From Gordius albopunctatus (lineage: Eukaryota): a stretch of DNA of 64,000 nucleotides. This document shows, piece by piece, positions 50,945-63,559 of this stretch. The translations under genes and the position numbers were made by a program. Every line of letters starts with the position of its first letter. Within the stretch, counting starts at the first letter, position 1. Location: contig OZ193909.1 of the NCBI GenBank assembly GCA_964276515.1, positions 20,584,001-20,648,000 of the forward strand, written 5' to 3'. Under the pieces are notes generated by a model that saw only the letters and a list, made by a program, of their open reading frames with translations, was not told where the DNA came from and ran no database searches.

Positions 50945-51598
50945 ATTGGGTCCATTGATCCAAAATCAAAGATCAGTAGATCGAGGATGTCGTCATTTAA
51001 TATTTGTGACAAATTGTCATAAGAACATCATTAGTATACTCTTTGGACGTTTAATGATTTTATGTTGTTTTTAGTGAATGTGTTCAAAAATTCCGAAACA
51101 AAAATAGTGAAATGATTAAAAAACAAAATTCTACAAATGTATTTCATTTCATATAACCCATCATTCATATGTTTTTAATGGAGAAGAAAACTAATAAGAT
51201 CAGAAATTTTAAATCAATATTGTTAAGGACAGTTATGCAGCCAATTTCCTCGTGCGATTTAGCATATCTTTATTAATTTTTTATCCTTAAATTGGGCCCC
51301 TACACCAATATGACTTATTGAGGAACTTTGCGGTAATATCTGATGAGGACCTAAATACAAAATCTATTTTTAATTATGGTTTTAAATTAATTTATAAATT
51401 TATTGTTTTTATTATAAATTGCATAAACAAAACTAATGTAATTCTGTTCGTTTTTGTACCATTATTGATGAGTATATTATATCTTTGTATGAATTAATAA
51501 TAATTTGAAATTGGAATGTGTTGTTGTTATACAGCTACCTATACCTACTACATAATGTATCAAACTAAAAACACCTTTATGCCTTTTGATGTTCCTAT

Positions 51599-53153
51599 TA
51601 TGCCTCTGGGAAATCGGAATTCGAATCCATATGTGTATGATTTGAATCGAATATTTAAGATGCTAAGATTCGAAACCCCGAATCGAATCCTAAAAAAATC
51701 AAATTTTATTTTTTATTAAGAGAATTCAAATATACTATACTCAAATATTTAGCTATTTAACGCATTTTAGTTATTTTTCCTGATACACAATTTGAAAAAG
51801 TTTAATTTAAAATTTTTAAAACTTATATAAGTTATGGAGAACGAGGATCACAATTTAATTTAATTATGGGCTTTGATAAAAATTGTAAGATAGCACAAAA
51901 GTTATTTCACGATTAAAGGCTGCTATATGTTAAGAATTATACCCACAAATTAATAACATAAAGTATAATGATAGAAAAAGCTATTTTAGAAGGTAGACAT
52001 TGGATTCGGCCTTTAAATTCCTCTTGAAAGAAATTACAATCCAACATTGATTTAAATGGTTAAATTGATACTTTTCCCCTATTCAGTAGTGTAGGGAAGG
52101 GGGGGGGTTCAAATTATACAGAAAAATTCAATGATACCAATAGGAGTCTTGTTAGTGGTGCGCTATAAAAAATAATAAGTAATCTTGATTAATTTGATAT
52201 TTAATTTTAGATGAAATCTACAATTCTAATACTTATACAAACATTTCTGGCCCGAGTGCTTGTTTTCAAATAGGAAGAGGTTATTCCTAATTATACAGTG
52301 CAACTAATTTAAAATCCGGGGGTCAAATCCCACAATTAACTTGGTATTACCGGTATATTATCAAGCAGGCACAGAAGATCATGCTGTCAAGATGGCCAAA
52401 CAGAAAATTCAAGATATATGGCACTCAATAAAAGGATAGTCTTATTAGCGAGTGTCGTCGTAAATGGCACTTTAGAGAAATTAAAGATGACTTGGAAACT
52501 GCTATAGGAAGTCAGCCCCATTTTGTATCAACTATCGAGGTATCAACACTAAAATCGTCTATTAAGAGCAACATGAACGCGAAGTCTCCGTTGGAGACAT
52601 TTTTGTACAAACCACGTGTGGCCTCCAATGTTGAGCCCGTACAATGGTGGAAATCGGATGAACGTCGTTTCGCAGCCATCCAAAATATTGGGGAAAAATC
52701 TTCTCTCTATATATAGATCATTTAGCCCGTGCGAAAGAATATTATCAACCGGAACCAATTTATTGACCAAAAACAAGCAAACGTTTAAGGAAGAAAGTGT
52801 TAGGAAGATAATTTGCCTTAAAAGTTGGCTAAAACGGTTCTTTATTTACACATATCATCGCCATAGTTTTTTGTTCGCGTTTAATATTATTTTCAATGTA
52901 TGTATTTTCAAATTATATGCAATTTTTTAAATATATTTTTAATAAATTTTGCAAATGAATATGCAAATTAAAAATCATTGTAGCCTTTTTAATGTGCTTT
53001 TTAATCATGAAAAACTTAATATCTATTCGAATCGATTGCGAATCCTTAATTTTAATATTCGAAGAATCTCGAATCGAATAATTTGTTTGAAAATTTTTTT
53101 GAATCTACTCGAATACCAAAAAGATTCGAATCGATTCAAAATCCAGAGGCTTA
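51599..53153 (+). mobile_element. Decayed hAT transposon
   Basis: TIR TA(T/A)GCCTCTGG, 6/8 TSD GTTCCTAT/GTTACTAC, TTCGAA subterminal repeats, and remnants PVQWWK...ERILS...IICLKSW. Confidence 0.82.
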
Positions 53154-53662
53154 GTTACTACCTATTTCTACATATATTAATATCTCTCAACATTTTTCAT
53201 AATTTATTGTAATGTTTTAAATTGAATAAGATATTTAGTCTTATAGATAAAAAATTGTAACCGAAACAATTGTCAAGTAGTGCATGCACTTCAAAAAGTA
53301 ATCTTCATCCGTCTATAAACTAAACTACCGTAACATTTGATGCAAAAAATGAAATAACTGCTATTTTTAAAGATAATGAATGACATAGAAATCTTTAAAG
53401 CAAATATACTTGGCATCGGCAAAGTTAAAATTGTATAATTAGAGTTTGGCTGGCTGGGATGGCCTATAAAAGAATGAATAATGGGCGGGCTTGGACGAGC
53501 CTAGCTAAGAGTAGGCCCGATTCCGGCCAGCAAAGTATGTTGTAAATAATGTTTTAATTCTATATTTATTTTCATCTATAAGCAATGATGCACTAAGGTT
53601 TTAAACGCTAATGATTTAATTCATATTAATTTTTCCTCGTCATTTATTCATACACCTTGTGA

Positions 53663-54602
53663 CAGGCGGCGCGTAGCCAAGGGGCCAGAAAGTGGGAAGT
53701 TTCTGGCCCCTTGGCCAAAATTTGAAATTTTTTTGTTTAATAATTAGATTAAATGGGTTAAAATATTATCGTTTGGTTGCATAAAAGATTTTGAGACACG
53801 CGTATAAAAGTCTGGAAACATCACAATATATACATTCAATTTTTAGAATTTAATTTTCAACTTGCACCCCCTACCATTATAATTTTCCACCATTGATTGT
53901 AAATTGTATGTATGTATGATTGCCGCGAAGAGTTGTAGATTATGAAGAATTCTATACAAAAATTTTTCCCCTTAAAATCCCAAACCCTGGTATTTCTAGT
54001 AAGTGACTTGGGCTTTTATTTTATGTTTATATAGTATTGATTTCTTATATATAATATTAATTGTTATTGTGATTACATTGCATTGCCAATTTTAAAAATT
54101 TCTAGATGATGAAGAACAAGAAGATTCAATATCAATTGAAACACTCACACCTATTTTTTTAAACAATATTGATGAAATGCCTCAACTATTTTAAAGTCAA
54201 ATGATATATGTAAAATTTTATCTTTTTTAGTTTATTTTTAGAGTTAATTAAAATTTGTAAAATGTTAATTGAAATAATTTAATGTTAGATATAAAATCAT
54301 CATCAAACCAGCAGCCGTATGACATATCTTTGTATGTTAACACCATACAACATTATGAAGATAAGTTGGCAGAATTCGATAAAATTTATCAACCACCACT
54401 TTTATTCAATTTCCCGAGAAAATGGTGCTTATTGTGAATTTTGTGTGTTCTTTGGACCAAGGTATGGTGGTAAAGGGGATCCAAAGTTGAAAGCCCTTGT
54501 CATATTGTACGCGAACTTTATTTTTGTTATATTAAAAATAAAAGTGTCGCAAATTTTTTTGAATCTTTCTGGCCCCTTGAGAAAATCCTGGCTGCGCGCC
54601 TG
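53663..54602 (+). mobile_element. Internally deleted hAT-type transposon
   Basis: Ends CAGGCGGCGCGTAGCC / GGCTGCGCGCCTG, perfect 8-bp TSD CCTTGTGA, and a zinc-finger-like remnant YS...NGAYCEFCVFF. Confidence 0.85.
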
Positions 54603-55626
54603 CCTTGTGACCTTTGAATAAATTATTATAATAAAGGCAGTAATTTATACAGAATAATGATGGAACAAAATGTAAAAATTTAGGATAGTAAGTCAAATAT
54701 CTAGTGAGGAGGACATTATCAGTAAGGCAAGTCGTCTTATACAATATTAAAGCCCAATATTATAGAAAGTTTTTTATTTTAAACGACAATCCTGTTTTCA
54801 ATTAGTGCGGGCCTGATGCAGCTCAATTTTTAAGTTAAATCGGCGGCTAGGTGCAGGCTAAAATATATAATAGGCCTCAACTGGATATTTAGGCCCAATA
54901 TAAAATATAATAACATTTCAAATCCCAACCTCCCCCCTCCCGCTAAAAAATAAAATTTTGCGTACCTCTATTTTTTTAAATCATGTATTTACTATAGTTC
55001 AGTATGTTAATTTTTACATTTTTTTCCAACATATTCCTGTTAAATAAATAAAGGACGCTAGCTATTACAACCCTATTTGTTTTGATTGGAATTTTAGTGT
55101 TGCATAAGTTGCTAGGCCTAGGGCTTAATGCCTTTATAAACAAACACTTTAATTTGTGTTGTTGTGCCTAAGCCTGTTTGTTTGTTATGCATTGTAACAT
55201 TTGTGACATTTATAACCTTGCGAGTTCATTAATATACGTCTCTAGAATTTTAACACATGACCCGTTTAAATCGTGAACTTGTGAAGGTCATCGGCTGTTC
55301 TTAACAAGATTTGTCGTTATATTAAATAAATCTTACTTTTCAGGCATTTATTATATTCCGATATCAAGTAATTTTATATAATCTATATATATATATGAAC
55401 AAATAAATTGCAATTTTATAAGTTAGGATGTGTTCATTTAAAATTATTTGTAATATATACTAGTCTAGTACTAGCAATGCTTAAGATGTTTTAATATTAG
55501 CTTTTTCCCTACATCACCTAACAACAGGCGCGCCATAGTTCTAATTTTTCTTTAGATCAATAACGTATTAGTGGGCGACCATTTATCTAAATAATTTTTA
55601 TAATTCAGCAATCTGTGTTTACTCGC

Positions 55627-57321
55627 ATGGAACATATCGAAGTTATATTATATGTGGTCCTATCTATCGCAAATTTTCAAATTGCGGATTTATCGGTTCC
55701 TTGCAATCCTAAAATATATGACGATAAGAGAATGGTATGCGTATGTAACTCAACATATTGCGACACAATTGAAATTCCAGACAAGTTGAATTCTACAGAA
55801 TTTTTGACTTATACTTCTTCTAAATCCGGGTTGAGATTTAGGAGAACCATTCATCCTGTCGAAGCTGAAAAGAATGACGTTGCAGGAGGAGCGATAAATA
55901 TTATCGTCAATAGAGACATTAAATATCAATCTATCATGGGATTTGGGGGTGCGGTTTCTGATGCCGTCGCCATTAATTACCGGTCCGTATCTAAAGGCAC
56001 GCGAACTAATTTTGTCAATGCATATTTTTCTCCATCCATCGGTATCAATTATAACATGGTGCGTCTCCCTATAGCCAGTTCCGATTTTTCTACCCACATA
56101 TACTCTTACAACGACGTAGAAGGGGATTATGAAATGATCCATTTTGAACTAGCCCCCGAAGATATAGATTTGAGAATACCGATGCTCAAAGATATTCATT
56201 CTGTTACGGATCCAAAACGAGGAACCTTTACAAAGATATTGAACGATGATGGACCAGTTTTAAAGGTTATGGCTTGTCCTTGGAGCGCTCCGGCTTGGCT
56301 AAAAACTAATAGATCCATGATTGGTGGAACACTCATTCACGATCCCTTGCATTATAGAGCATGGGCCAAGTACATTGTCAAATTTGTAGGATCCTACCTT
56401 GATCACGAAATCCCTATATGGACACTTAGCGTTCAAAACGAACCCGAAGATGGCTACAATTCTAGGCAGCAATTTCAATCTATGTTGTACAATCCGGAGG
56501 AAGTCTACGATTTTGCCGTCAATTATTTGTGTCCGGCCTTGAAGAAAGAATTGGAACAGCGCGACGCACCGTGGAACATAACTCTTATGATACTTGATGA
56601 TAATAGACCTTTCTTGAGGCACTGGGCCCATACAATACTTCCTAAGCTTAAGGGGTCTACCACTTGCATCTCCGGGCTCGGAATTCACTGGTACTTGAAT
56701 TTCCTCTCGCCGGCTAGCATTCAAACCAGTGTTCACAACGACTTCCCGCAATACTACATACTTCCCTCTGAAGCATGTGCGGGTTCCTTGCCTTGGGAAA
56801 ATAATGTGGTGTTGGGTGATTGGACACGCGGCGAGCAATATTCCAAAGATATCATGAACAACTTATTAAATTGGGCTAGTGGTTATGTTGATTGGAATTT
56901 GGGACTTGATATGGGCGGCGGTCCGAACTGGATAAAAAATTATGTTGATAGCGCAGTCATTTTTAACGCCACAGCTGACGAATTTTACAAACAACCCATT
57001 TTTTATGCTATCGGACATTTTTCCAAGTTTTTGGAAAGAGGCGCCGTTAGAGTTGATCTCAATATTCCGAACTCGCCGAATTCTATGTTTAAAGCTGTAG
57101 GTTTCGAAACTGAGAAACGTACAGCCGTTATTATATTAAATTTATCAGACATTAACGTTACTTATAGCTTGGAAGATGTGTCTTATGGTAACATGGTTTA
57201 CACTATTGAGCCAAACTCGATACAGACTATAGTTTGGCCGAGAGACAAGGGAGTCTTTCAAAATAGCATTATAAAGCTTAATAATGTCCAGAACGATGTC
57301 ACGACACCTGTATTTATTTGA
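55627..57321 (+). CDS. GBA1: Glucosylceramidase (GH30), intronless CDS
   Basis: VCVCNSTYCD, GFGGA, RLPIASSDFS, PWSAPAWLKTN, QNEP (acid/base Glu), SEAC (nucleophile Glu), DWNL..D..GGPNW..N.VDS, FYKQP.FY..GHFSKF; first ATG at 55627 followed by a signal-like segment. Confidence 0.95.
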   Translation: MEHIEVILYVVLSIANFQIADLSVPCNPKIYDDKRMVCVCNSTYCDTIEIPDKLNSTEFLTYTSSKSGLRFRRTIHPVEAEKNDVAGGAINIIVNRDIKYQSIMGFGGAVSDAVAINYRSVSKGTRTNFVNAYFSPSIGINYNMVRLPIASSDFSTHIYSYNDVEGDYEMIHFELAPEDIDLRIPMLKDIHSVTDPKRGTFTKILNDDGPVLKVMACPWSAPAWLKTNRSMIGGTLIHDPLHYRAWAKYIVKFVGSYLDHEIPIWTLSVQNEPEDGYNSRQQFQSMLYNPEEVYDFAVNYLCPALKKELEQRDAPWNITLMILDDNRPFLRHWAHTILPKLKGSTTCISGLGIHWYLNFLSPASIQTSVHNDFPQYYILPSEACAGSLPWENNVVLGDWTRGEQYSKDIMNNLLNWASGYVDWNLGLDMGGGPNWIKNYVDSAVIFNATADEFYKQPIFYAIGHFSKFLERGAVRVDLNIPNSPNSMFKAVGFETEKRTAVIILNLSDINVTYSLEDVSYGNMVYTIEPNSIQTIVWPRDKGVFQNSIIKLNNVQNDVTTPVFI

Positions 57322-59378
57322 TGCTCGTTTATATTTACCTTATATATGGCCTCGTGTGATGATGATCAATTATGTAAATAAATGTTTACTAAAATATCGA
57401 TTAAAAATACGATTTTTTTTATCGATAGAAGTTTATTTCCAAATAATTATGTATGTTATATGCTAAAATATATTCAATTAATAAGCTGCAATCGAGCCAT
57501 GGATTGAGATTGTATTAGATTTCACAATTTCCATGGTGATTTTCTGCTTGATGTAGAAAATTTATTTAGGATCGTGTGTGATGGAGGCTATAAATTTTGG
57601 TGTTTGTTTAAGGAAGTGGCCGCCCTCGGCCCCTAAATTACCGAGGGTCGTGGCTACTACTGGTACAAAAATAATATTGCTGATGTATTTTTCAACTTTC
57701 TTTCTCTCAGTAGAAGAGATGAGGTGGGGAGAGGCGTTAGATTTGGCAAATATATCCACTGTAGTGAAGTCCCAGCAGACGTTTAGGCCACGAGCCCACG
57801 GGATGATCGTTACACCGTCGAGTCTTTTACCGTCAGTGGAGCTTAGGCCAGTGGGTTCCATTGAGTTGGGAAAGCCGGCTTTCTTTAAAAATTGTCCAAC
57901 TTGCTGTATAGGCAGTGTAGAGGATGATGGCCGTTTGCTAGAACGGATTGGCGACAGAGGTCGCAGTTGAATGGGGACACAATGTCTCAGCCAAGGCGTA
58001 GGCCTACAGCTATTCCAAGTTCCTCGCCCGACAAGTGTAACCCTAGGTTTTGGCTTGGAAGGGCCTCGAGCTATTCGTAACCCTCGGAGGATTCCCAAAT
58101 AAAGTCGAGATTTCCCAAAGATAGGTTGTTCGATCAGTGGTAAATCCCATTCCTTTTCGGTGGTTCCAGTTGGGTGAGTTGCTGAATCAAGTTTGAGGTC
58201 TTCCCATGCCAGAAGGGCGCTTTCGAGCTGCGGGTCTTGGGTGTAAACGAGATGAGATGAAATCTGCAAGTTAAAGTAAATGGGGGGGGGGGGTCGGATG
58301 CCTATACCACCACTCTTGAAGGGAAGGGTGGCTTGGAGCCATTAGAGGGGGCTAAATATGAGGTTTAGGCACCTTTCAATTAACAATTGGAATTTTTTTC
58401 GATCGCGTGGAGTAGGTTAACGCTTAGGAAGACGGGCGAAGCGCGTAAAGCATAGTTAATTTTGGGTTTTAAGAGAAAGTTTTAAAGGAGAAAAAAAGCA
58501 TGGTGGGGAGTAACACGTTCCAGGGTGTGGGTTATGGAGTCAATAAAGTCGGAGAAATGCTCTAAGAATGTTGTTAGTTGTTTTGACGCCTCCAATGGGG
58601 GCGCCTAAGTAGTGAAAGTCATCTCTTGATATGACTGGAAATGATAGGGAGGGTTTGTCGATTGTGAGATCTTTGGTGAAGATCTCACATTTCGCTGTGT
58701 TTAGGCTGAGCGATATTGTGTCTGCGTAGCAATTGATGATCTCTAGGATTCTCCGGACTGCTTCGGGGCCGAACATGAATCCGGTATCAAGGTAAGGTAC
58801 CATAGATTACATGAGAAGGTCCTTAGAGAGGAGAGTTTATTGATGATTGTTTGGATCACCATACAGAAGAGGGCCGGGCCAAAGGGATCTCCTTGTTGGA
58901 TCCCTTGAGATGATTTGATAATTTGGTCCCCAAAGAGTAGATACGTTGGGTTCCCATAGCTATATAACAGAAACTGATGGAATTACGGAAATTGTAGTAT
59001 GAACGGTTCTATAAAAGCGGCTCGGTTTACGCTCTTAAAAGCGTTTTTAAAATCACGTTTCCCCAGGAGATCATTTGGTGAGGAAGACTCGAGAAATGTT
59101 CGAGCTATATGGGAATGCAGCCTCGCATCCTCCTTTCACGCCAAAACCAAGTTAGCTTGGGAGGAGAGAAGCCGTTAAAGGTAAACGGATTCGAGAGGTG
59201 ATTAGTTTGGAAACCATGCGTCGGAGGACTTATCAAACAACAATGGGTCGGATCGAACCATCTGGTTTTTTAAAAACAATGAGTTTTCCACCAAATAGGA
59301 AAGGAACTCTTTCAGAAGGAAAATTTCTCCTCCTTATTATGTTACAAAGGTTGGTTAAGTTGTCTAGGAGAGCATGTG

Positions 59379-60483
59379 TAGCGATGCGGAAAAAGCAAGA
59401 AAATTCTCGGTTTCGTCTCGTCTCGAAAAACCGAGACGAGACGAGAATTTGAAAATTGGAGTCGAGATCGAAACGAGAATTTTGATGTCGAGACGAGACG
59501 AGATTTTTTCGGCGAGATCTCGACTTTTTATTGATCGTTAGATTTTAGTAAATTATTGTGTATTTTATTTATGGAATATATTTGATATTAAAAAAATTCC
59601 TAAGTGTTTTAAATATTATACATTTTTACAAAAAATTTAAAATTTGGCAATCATTTACCTTAATATGATTGACCCTAAGGGTATGTGAATAATTTTATAA
59701 TATATTTCTCACATACATAAACTAGATAGACTGCTCATCAACGCACAAAATGTGTACCCTTTTTTCCACCATTTTGAAAAGCACATTGTAAAGTGGTGAT
59801 CTTATGGAAATTCGTAATTTTCGCAAATTAAATAATCTTAAATAGGTAAATAAAAATATTTGATTGGGTAGATATAAAAAACATCATTTTAAAATAAATA
59901 TCATTTAAAAAATGCATAAAAATTAAAAATGTAAAAATGCAATTAAAGTTTGATTAATATAGCGCAATCAATATTAATTGCTATTTTGTATAATATTAAT
60001 TTATTTACGTTCGTTTTAATTTGTAAACTAGTGAGGAAGGTAAATTGACTGTTATAGGGCAAAATTACATGGTTAAAATACATCAATTGGTCTCCTCAAA
60101 AAGGAGGAAAATTTGACACACAATTAACCATATGCAACGTAAGGCATAAGCAGTCTATCTAGTATATGAGAAAATGTTATCTTTATGAATTAATTCATAT
60201 CTTTATATTTTCAATGAGTTATCGGGTCCCGCTAAATCTTTAAAAAGTTTGTCTTAAAGTTTTTCAAAAAATAAAAAAGTTTGCTATTTGGATTTTTTAA
60301 TAATTATTTAATATTTTTAATAAAACATAAAAAAAATTTATTCCGAATATATATATATTTTAAAAAGGTCGAGACAAGACGAGACCGAGATTTTTCTAGA
60401 CCGAGACGAAACGAGATTTTCGTAATCGCTCCAGAGACGAGACGAGATTTTGTTTTCGAGACCGAGACGAGATCGAAACACTA
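59379..60483. mobile_element. Non-autonomous hAT (GAGAC-repeat family) nested in the CRE-like LINE
   Basis: Ends TAGCGATGCGG...GAAACACTA, 7/8 TSD AGCATGTG/AGCATGTA, CGAGA subterminal arrays. Confidence 0.88.
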
Positions 60484-61113
60484 AGCATGTAAGCCGATAA
60501 GTTGAAGTTTGATGAGGTCCTGAAGGTAAATTGGTCGTATCCCATCGAGGCCCCCGGCCGAGTCCTTTTTAAAAGACATAAGAGATTCGACTACTTCCTG
60601 AAGAGTGAAGTCCATGAGGGAAATATCTGAGACGTTTAGGAGGTTCGGCGGTAATGGGTGACCATCGGGGTGTTTTTGCTGGACGAGGTCGAAGGTGGTA
60701 TTGGTAATTGGCGCTATTGAGTCATCAGATTCCAGGATTTTAAGATCTGAACGGATTTCCATGTTATTAATTATGTTGGCAATCCTTTTAGCTTTGTTGT
60801 CAACTGGGTGATGGTTTAAGGAGATCAAATTCCAGAAATGATCCTTTAATATCCTTTGAGAGGTGCTTTGTTCCAGGGTTGGGGATGGCTAGAGTGTGAA
60901 AACTGAGGGTTATAAGGCTTTCCCTATTCTTATGATCGGCCGGGTTGTGTATGATTGAGGTAATAATTTGGTTTAAGATGGTACTAAAACATTCTCGAGC
61001 ATCTCTGGGAATCCTAGAGATGGTATTAGGTTTTTGGAGGCTTATTATTTGGCTAGCCCAAGAAGAGTCATTTTGTTTCGGAGGATTCTCAGGAGCAAGC
61101 ACGTGCTCAGGGG

Positions 61114-62876
61114 TAGTGATGCGGAGAAAGCAAGAAAAATCTCGGTCTCGTCTCGTCTCGGCGATTTTAAAAATGGAGTCGAGATCCAGACGAGAATTTT
61201 TACCTCGAGACGAGACGAGATTTTATAGTCGAGATCTAGGTTTTTCATTTTTAACTATTGAGACTTAATTTAGCTAATTAAATTTTTTTTATTTTATTAC
61301 ATTTAAGATATTAAATGCAAATTAATATGAATTTGAAACTTTTGATACTAAATTACTTACGCACCTAATTATCCGCTTCGTGCGAATTTCAAATTTGTAA
61401 TATAATTTTATTCCTTAGACAACATGTGTCCCTTAGAGTATATGAACAATTAATTATGTATTAATTACTAATTTGTATATCATTATTATATTATATAAAA
61501 ATTGCAGACCTATAATGAATTATGCACAACAAGTTCATCATCCAACTCAAAAAAGAGCAAGCTGCTCAAAAATTTCACAAAATCCAAGGATGAATCAAAT
61601 AAAATGTGGAAGTGTAAATTGTGCTTTAAAGTGGTAAGACTGATAGAAATACTTTAGGTCTTCAACGACATCTTAAACGTTACCATCATGAGGATTAATA
61701 AAAATTTTAGCCTGCTCAAGTTAATAAGGAATTAAACTACCCAAAAACATTTTTTCCGCGAACTTAGAGGCTTTAAAAAATTTAAGCATTTAACAGCTAT
61801 TATATATCAAACATATTCTTTAAAAATGACTAAATAATTGTATATATTATATAATAAGTTGATTAAAAATATAATTATACCAATTTAGCAGTATTGGCCG
61901 GAGATTTTTAAGCACTCCGGCGACCTCGGTGCCTGCCGATAGATTGTTTTCGAAGGCCTCTCTGACTATTCGAAAACATCGTAAAAGATTAACTCATGAA
62001 TTAGTCAAGAACTTGCTATGACTAAGCTCATGACACACCTCAACAATTCTCAACGCAACACATTCATTACATTTTGCGTCAAAATGTAGGCTTGACAGAT
62101 GCATTAAAATTCAGTGATTTTTTTTCAAAATGCTGCAATTTATCAATAAATTAAAATATATGAACATAAGCTTTATTAGTACGAAATTATTTTATGCGAA
62201 AATTAGTAATATATGAATTAAGTTAATACTTTGTTATGTATAATGGGATGTCACACTATAATAGAATTGTTTAAATTTATATTTAACAACTTTGATTAAA
62301 TTATATATGTGCATTTAACGTAAGGTCTTAAAACTTTTATGTTCTTCCAGCAATAATGCCTATTTTATTATATTTGCAATCTTCAGATAATTACTTGTTT
62401 TAAATAATGATAATATTTTTAAAAGTTACCCTCTCATTTTCGTCATTATTTCAACGTTATTATAAAAGATGTCAATAAATTCATTATGTTAAAATATGAT
62501 GATATTATTAAACTTTATTCTTTTATTGAGCCTGAGTCAGGAAATAAAAGTTATTAATTAGCAACTTTATACCTTCGAGTCAAGTAGTTTATTACACCTA
62601 TATTAATGATTCCTACCTTAATTTACTCATCTAGCTTGTGTTTTGGGGTTTGAGAAAAAAAATGGTTCCATTATGACCAATTTATATCTTACATACTAAT
62701 TTATAAGAGAAAAAAAATATATTTGATATAATTATTTTTAAAAGTCGAGACGAGACGAGAATTCTCGGTGAGACGAGACGAGATCGAGATTTTTCTAAGC
62801 CGAGACGAGATTTTAATAATCGCACCCGAGACGAGACGAGATTTGCTTTCGAGACCGAGACGAGATTGAAACACTA
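61114..62876 (+). mobile_element. Internally deleted hAT (GAGAC-repeat family) nested in the CRE-like LINE
   Basis: Ends TAGTGATGCGG...GAAACACTA, perfect TSD CTCAGGGG, BED-finger remnant (WKCKLC...LQRHLKRYH) and dimerisation remnant (FLSTPATSVPADRLFS). Confidence 0.92.
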
Positions 62877-63263
62877 CTCAGGGGTTGCGTTGCGATGGCT
62901 GTTAAAGAAACTAATATTGGAGTTAGTTGAAGTACTTGATGGAAATGAGTTTGATATGGGGCAACAGTTATCACGGGGACCATGGATACTTCGCTTCACT
63001 TCTGTGCAAAATTTAATATGTGCCAAATCTAATATAGGCAAGGGTTAGGGTTAGATTTAGTGATTTATTTGATAATATGTATAGTATCCTTTTATTAGGT
63101 AGTTTTTTAGTACATATTACATGCGTATGAATATGCGTGAAAACCGATCTCAATTTCTAAAATGCGAATATTACATTATTAGATTTTGCACATATTACAT
63201 TTTGCACCAGATTCCTTCGCTTTCGTTTCGCGCACTAATTTGTCCTTAATTGCATGCGACTTT

Positions 63264-63559
63264 ATGGACGAGGATGAAAAATTTTTTTCCGAATTTTACA
63301 AAGAAACGATTTATGAAAAGCTCTTAAACTATTTGCTATTTATAGGAGCATTATTTCAAATCGCATGCTTGCTAACTCTTCTTTTGCCCGAACCTACGAT
63401 TGTAAGCAAATAAAATTGACACTTATATTTCCTAAATCTAAATAAATAATAAAATATAATGTTTTATAGAGTACTGATATAAAAATAGAAACATCTAAAT
63501 TAGAGAATGAAAATAGTAGAGTTTTGAGTTATGTCAGAAGAAGAAAGAAGCGACATTGA
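63264..63559 (+). CDS. MANBAL: MANBAL/UPF0239 small membrane protein (75 aa); exons 63264-63401 and 63470-63559
   Basis: MDEDEKFFSEFYKETIYEKLLNYLLFIGALFQIACLLTLLLPEPTI|STDIKIETSKLENENSRVLSYVRRRKKRH* fits the family pattern T..E.LL.Y.LF.GA.FQ..C.L plus a basic C-terminal tail; GTAAGC donor, TAG acceptor. Confidence 0.85.

Larger units (their letters stand above)
57478..63050 (-). mobile_element. Decayed CRE-like non-LTR retrotransposon (RT plus restriction-like endonuclease)
   Basis: SAGGLDGIRP, GIQQGDPFGPALFC, YLDTG, YLGAPIG and C-terminal EPTGL...DGKRLDGVTIIPWARG...WDFT; many frameshifts; split by two hAT insertions. Confidence 0.85.

Noticed and set aside
55750..56838. Antisense ORFs of 130 and 179 aa inside GBA1
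   Set aside because: Shadow frames of a real CDS with no independent motifs.
63041..63054. AGGGTTAGGGTTAG next to the 5' end of the CRE-like element
   Set aside because: About two units only; too short to claim a telomeric target site.
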